From an uncultured Acidobacteriota bacterium (GTDB lineage: Bacteria > Acidobacteriota > Terriglobia > UBA7540), in contig CAWDSK010000009.1 of NCBI GenBank assembly GCA_963804995.1, positions 64,001 through 128,000 of the forward strand: DNA of 64,000 nucleotides, in the 5' to 3' direction. The position numbers were made by a program, and so were the translations under genes. Positions within the stretch are counted from its first letter, which is position 1. Every line of letters begins with the position of its first letter. Below the pieces are notes generated by a model, which was not told the DNA's origin, made no database searches, and saw nothing but the letters and a program-made list of their open reading frames with translations. This document shows, one piece after another, positions 59,721 through 64,000 of this stretch.

Positions 59721-59945
59721 CTTTGCGAGGTGGCGCGTGCGTGTTCGAGCAGATCGAGTCCTGTCAGGTCCGCCAGCCGGATTTCCGAGATGATAACGTC
59801 GTAGACCCCCGACTCGATTTTCGTTTTCGCGGCTTGTCCGTTTGAGACGGTTTCCACCCAGTGGCCCTTTTTACTAAGCGCCATCTCCAAAAGCCGGCAA
59901 AGAGATTCTTCGGGATCGATAATCAGCAGTTCGAGACATTCAAGG
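59721..59945 (-). pseudogene. response-regulator receiver domain fragment
   Basis: LLIIDPEESL...YDVIISEIRLADLTGLDLL; phospho-Asp position is E; fused to the MBL fragment. Confidence 0.65.
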
Positions 59946-60183
59946 CTCCTTATCGCGGATTTTGAAGTTAAAGGCTCGACGGGGCACCCGACAAGGTGGA
60001 ATCGCCGGGCAAGCGGCATCGCGAAGACAGAACTCTATTTCAGCAGAAGTGAGGTCGGGGCACGTCGGACTATTCTTCATGTCAGGGCGTAGCTGCGGAC
60101 TGGGCGGGATTGTAACAGAAAGGGTTGGTTACTGAAACGGCGGATAAGCACGGGTCGGAGGCCGGGGCGGGCTTTCGAGTATC

Positions 60184-60317
60184 GTAGCGCGGTCCCCCGT
60201 CTTTGGGGTCCGCGGTTCTTCTTCAGATTCGCGCCTCGGATTCTGCGAGCAGATGTCTAGTTTTGCAATTTTTCGTGGGTAGTAACTCAGACCTCAACTG
60301 CAGAGGTCTGCGCTACG
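60184..60317. repeat. GTAG-REP doublet (inverted counterpart of the 59237-59266 arm)
   Basis: cgtagcgcggtcccccgtctttggggtccgcgg ... agacctcaactgcagaggtctgcgctacg. Confidence 0.75.
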
Positions 60318-60989
60318 CTTACTTACCGCCGCCATTAAATACCAGGGGAATGATCTGCAACTTACCCTGCCCCTTCGGAGCATCGCCCCGACGAGTCGGG
60401 GCGCCAGCCCGCGAACCGAAGACCTCCAAAGCAGGTGTGCGTTCACAGGCAATCGCCCTTGGCGGGCTGGCCGGGAAGCAGAAAGGTCTTCGGATACGGT
60501 CCCTCGCCGCAAATTTTGAATGAACCGAAATCCTTGTACCATTCGCCGTCCGGAACCAGCGGATGGGATTCAACCCATAGCCGGAGTGGGGGAAGCATAA
60601 AGATGCTGACCTGAAGGTCAGCACTACAGGCTATACCCGATGCGCCGGGTTCGAGTTACAACAATTTTGCTTTGGACAAAGCGACGGCGGCGGCACGCCT
60701 ACTGCGTGAAGTGTGCTGCCTACTGCTTTCTGCCTACTGCCTACTGCTTTTCGCATCCTGTCCATCAGGTGTTGGCGAATGGCGGGCGGGGGGGCGAAAA
60801 GGTCGGGCTCGGCATCGCGTGTTCGCCTAAACTACGCCCGCAGGCCCACGACTTTTTGTCAATGTAGGGGTTGTCCCAGAAATTGCTCTCCGCGCGGCAT
60901 AGCGCGCGAGGTCCCACCACATTTCCCAACCTCATGCGTTTTTTTCCTATGACTTTTCACTAGCGATTCCGTCGCGCATCTCCTCTCTT

Positions 60990-61307
60990 TTACTCCAGTC
61001 GGAACACTTCCTTCATCATGGCAAAGCGCTCGCCCGGTTCGAGGTCGGTGGGCGGCTCGAACAATCGACCCATTTCCTTTTGCCAGCGCAGGTTCGTAGG
61101 GTCCTGGTCGAGAATCCCCCAGGCATGCTCGAAGTCCCCCACCTTCATGACCAGGAAAAGGTCCAGCCCGCGCCGGAAGATGGAGTAATCTGAGATTCCC
61201 ACCTCTTTCAATTTCGCCAGCAACTCCGGCCAGACGTTCTGGTGAGCCCGCTCGTATTCTTCAATCGCGCCCGGCCGCAACCTGAGTCGAAAAGCAATGC
61301 GCTGCAT
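60990..61307 (-). CDS. rhaM: L-rhamnose mutarotase
   Basis: EEYERAHQNVWPEL, GISDYSIF, RWQKEM, EVFRLE. Confidence 0.85.
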   Translation of the reverse strand: MQRIAFRLRLRPGAIEEYERAHQNVWPELLAKLKEVGISDYSIFRRGLDLFLVMKVGDFEHAWGILDQDPTNLRWQKEMGRLFEPPTDLEPGERFAMMKEVFRLE

Positions 61308-61573
61308 TCTGCACCTCCGTCCATTCAAAAGTGTGGTTTGAATCATACCCAGGTACGAAGATGAATCAAGGGCTGACTTCAAAAATCGCCAATCACAAAT
61401 CAGCCCATCGCCCAATCGCCGAATCGCCCAATCGCTCGGTGGCTCGATGGCCCAAGCCCCCAACCGACCCCCAGCCCCCGCCGTGACACACTACCCCACT
61501 TCGGTTATCGGCTGGTTGGTGGCGGAGCATGAGGTTGATGATGTTGGCGGGCGGGCGTTAGACGCGCGCCTCG

Positions 61574-62428
61574 CTACGCGCCCTTCAGGAAGTCTCGGAT
61601 CTTTTCGAAATCCTCGCGCAGGATCTTCTCTTCGCGCGGATTGCGCAGAACGTAGGCAGGATGAACGGTGGGGAGGGCCTTGCACGATCCGAAGTCGTAG
61701 AATTGGCCGCGGATTTTGGTGATTCCTTCCTTGATGCCGAGAACGGTGCGCACGGCGGGCGCGCCCAAGCAGCAAATCAGTCGGGGCTTGATGGCTTCAA
61801 TCTGGCGATAAAGAAAAGGCGAGCAGGCATCCACTTCATCTTTCTCGGGCGTGCGATTTCCGGGTGGGCGGCACTTCACAATGTTACAGATGTACACCTC
61901 TTCGCGCTTCAGACCCACGGCCAGGATCATGCGGTCCAGAAGCTTGCCGGCGCGGCCCACGAAGGGGCGGCCCTGTTCGTCTTCGTCGGCGCCCGGGCCT
62001 TCGCCAATGAATACCAGTTCGGCGTGCGGATTGCCTTCGCCGAACACAATCGTCTTGCGGGTGCCAGCCAGTTTGCAGCGCTGGCAGTCGCCAAGGTCCG
62101 TGCGAATCTCTGTGAGCGTCTCAGGGCCGGAGCGCACGGGTGCCGGCGTCTCAAACAGATTGAACGACGCGACCGGTGGCTGGATGACTGCAGATGGTGC
62201 TGAGGGCGCAGCGGGTTTGGGTGGTAGGGGAGTTGCAGCGCGTGGCGGCGGACTTGGCGATGGGCTTGGCTTGGGCACAGATGCTGAATCCGGTGGAGTG
62301 GCCATAGCCGCAGGGGGACTGGATGGCAGCTCAACTCGGCCCGGCTCGCGGCGATAAAAATCCTCAATCCCGAGTTCGCGGTAGAACTCGAGATATGCCT
62401 TTAATTCCTCACGCAGTCGGTCGTCCAT
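61574..62428 (-). CDS. uracil-DNA glycosylase family 4
   Basis: CQRCKL, GEGPG, PFVGRAG, KCRPPGNR, HPAY. Confidence 0.93.
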   Translation of the reverse strand: MDDRLREELKAYLEFYRELGIEDFYRREPGRVELPSSPPAAMATPPDSASVPKPSPSPSPPPRAATPLPPKPAAPSAPSAVIQPPVASFNLFETPAPVRSGPETLTEIRTDLGDCQRCKLAGTRKTIVFGEGNPHAELVFIGEGPGADEDEQGRPFVGRAGKLLDRMILAVGLKREEVYICNIVKCRPPGNRTPEKDEVDACSPFLYRQIEAIKPRLICCLGAPAVRTVLGIKEGITKIRGQFYDFGSCKALPTVHPAYVLRNPREEKILREDFEKIRDFLKGA

Positions 62429-62630
62429 ATCTAAAGATCACCCTTTTGTTCCCGAGAGACCCCCTCACCCGCCTGCGGGCCGAAGCTGAAGTTGTTTACT
62501 GCTCCCAATTCCCCCTTCGGTGGGCGAAGGCCCGTCCCGCCCCGGCTGATGAATGCGCCGGTTGCGGTCCACCCTCTCCCCCAAAGGGGAGAGGGCTGTA
62601 AATTTTAATCCACCGCCCTCGGTCGCTACG

Positions 62631-63836
62631 TTAACAATGCTTGCGAATCTCCACCACTTCGTTGAGCACGCGGTTCGCGACCTCGAGCTTGCTCATTTTC
62701 TCCAGCGCTTTCTTCCGGCCATCGGGAAAGAGCAAGGTGACGATGTTGGTGTCGACGTTGAAGCCGGCGCCGTCCTGGCTGACGTTGTTGGCCACGATCA
62801 GGTCCAGGCGCTTGGCGCGCAGCTTGGCGGCGGCGTTCGCGAGCAGGCGATCCGTTTCGGCGGCGAAACCGACAATGATCTGGTCCTGGCGACGGCGGCG
62901 CCCGATTTCCGCGAGTATATCGACCGTAGCTTCGAGCTTCACTTCTGGAGCGCCCTGCTGTTTCTTGATTTTCCCTCTGTGCTTCTGCGTTGGGCGGAAG
63001 TCAGCGACGGCGGCGGCCATCAGGACGACCGTTGCTTCTTCCAGGTGGCCAAGCGTGGCGGCGGCCATTTCCTCAGCCGTCCGAACCCCTTCAAGTGTCG
63101 CGCCGGCGGGCGGTTCCAAGTGCGCCGGGCCGCTGACCAGCAGCACGCGCGCCCCACGTCTGTGGCTCGCTTCCGCCAGGGCATACCCCATTTTTCCAGA
63201 GGAGCGGTTGCTCAGGTAGCGAACATCGTCCAGCGGTTCTTCCGTAGGGCCCGCCGTTACCAGAACCGTCTCACCTTTCAAGTCTTCGCGCAGGCCCAGG
63301 GTATCGAAGACCACCCGCGCGATGCACTCCGGAGAAGCCAGGCGCCCGGCCCCGGTCATACCGCAAGCGAGGTAACCCTCATCGGGATTGACCACGCGCA
63401 CGCCGCGGCCGCGCAGGGTTTCCAGATTTTGCTGGGTGGCAACGTGTTCCCACATGTTGACGTTCATGGCGGGAGCGACAATCAGCGGAGCCTTTGTGGC
63501 CAGGCAAAGGGTGGTAAGGAAATCGTCGGCGATGCCGTGCGCCATCTTGGCCAGCACATTGGCGGTGGCGGGAGCGATCACGAAGGCGTCAATCGACTGC
63601 GCCACCGCGATGTGCTCAATGGCGCTCTCGACGTTCGATGCGCCTTGTGCCTCGCCGAAAAGGTCGGTGATTACCTTGTGTCCGGTAAGCGCCGCGAAGG
63701 TGAGAGGGGTGATGAATTCGCGCGCATTCCGGGTCATCACCACCTGAACGTCCACGCCCTTTTCCTGGAGCAGGCGCACCAGTTCGGCGGCTTTGTATGC
63801 GGCAATTCCTCCCGCGACTCCGAGGGCGACTCTCAT
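62631..63836 (-). CDS. coaBC: phosphopantothenoylcysteine decarboxylase/ligase
   Basis: GGIAAYK, PAMNVNM, LACG..GAGRL, SNRSSGKMG, GFAAET. Confidence 0.97.
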   Translation of the reverse strand: MRVALGVAGGIAAYKAAELVRLLQEKGVDVQVVMTRNAREFITPLTFAALTGHKVITDLFGEAQGASNVESAIEHIAVAQSIDAFVIAPATANVLAKMAHGIADDFLTTLCLATKAPLIVAPAMNVNMWEHVATQQNLETLRGRGVRVVNPDEGYLACGMTGAGRLASPECIARVVFDTLGLREDLKGETVLVTAGPTEEPLDDVRYLSNRSSGKMGYALAEASHRRGARVLLVSGPAHLEPPAGATLEGVRTAEEMAAATLGHLEEATVVLMAAAVADFRPTQKHRGKIKKQQGAPEVKLEATVDILAEIGRRRRQDQIIVGFAAETDRLLANAAAKLRAKRLDLIVANNVSQDGAGFNVDTNIVTLLFPDGRKKALEKMSKLEVANRVLNEVVEIRKHC

Positions 63837-63847
63837 GATGAATCCAG

Positions 63848-63975
63848 TAGCTAGAAGTAAGGAGCTAGAAGCTAGAAGTTAGAAGCTAGAATCCAGAAGG
63901 GAGTACCCAGTGACCGCGACCTGGGCCAAAACTTCTGCCTTCTAACTCCTAGCTTCTAACTCCTCGCTTCTCGCT
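63848..63975. repeat. Heptamer tandem repeat (GCTAGAA)n plus inverted copy
   Basis: gctagaagtaaggagctagaagctagaagttagaagctagaa ... ttctaactcctagcttctaactcct. Confidence 0.85.
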
Positions 63976-64000
63976 CCTTGCTCCTTACTTCGAGGCCTTC

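Noticed and set aside
60525..60600. HDV-like ribozyme (GGCGAATGG on the minus strand)
   Set aside because: No matching P1/P2/P3 partners were found.
63984..64000. 3' end of an upstream gene, possibly rpoZ by synteny with coaBC
   Set aside because: Only about five codons are visible, so identity is unsupported.

Overview
GC-rich bacterial chromosomal window. An Acidobacteriota/Terriglobia origin is likely but is inference, based on the Oar-type TonB receptor, the transpeptidase-only PBP and the repeat families. The backbone is housekeeping and metabolic: ilvD, kbl, larA-like, thiD, a Gld-like ABC cluster, fur, trxA, recA, etfBA-thiolase-hbd, two UDGs, rhaM and coaBC. It is heavily interleaved with small accessory cassettes. 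Highlights: (1) a GxxExxY PD-(D/E)xK nuclease embedded in an array of alternating inverted 35-bp repeats whose empty units look like gene-less derivatives of the filled unit (2.05-3.17 kb); (2) a 1.76-kb IS4/IS701-like element with an AbrB-like orfA, a -1 slippery site and a 21-bp duplication of the REP hairpin it inserted into (56.7-58.5 kb); (3) an unannotated secreted thioredoxin-like selenoprotein (WUPDC with a SECIS-like hairpin); (4) an AT-richer two-gene Nmad3-like module; (5) about a dozen intact or decayed toxin-antitoxin cassettes interspersed with GTAG-type REP doublets, a RAYT remnant and MITEs; (6) an intact IS5/IS1031-group element. Several conserved genes carry single-base indels or a stop, probably read errors. 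No CRISPR array, rRNA or tRNA was recognised. All family assignments come from motif recognition by eye, not database searches.
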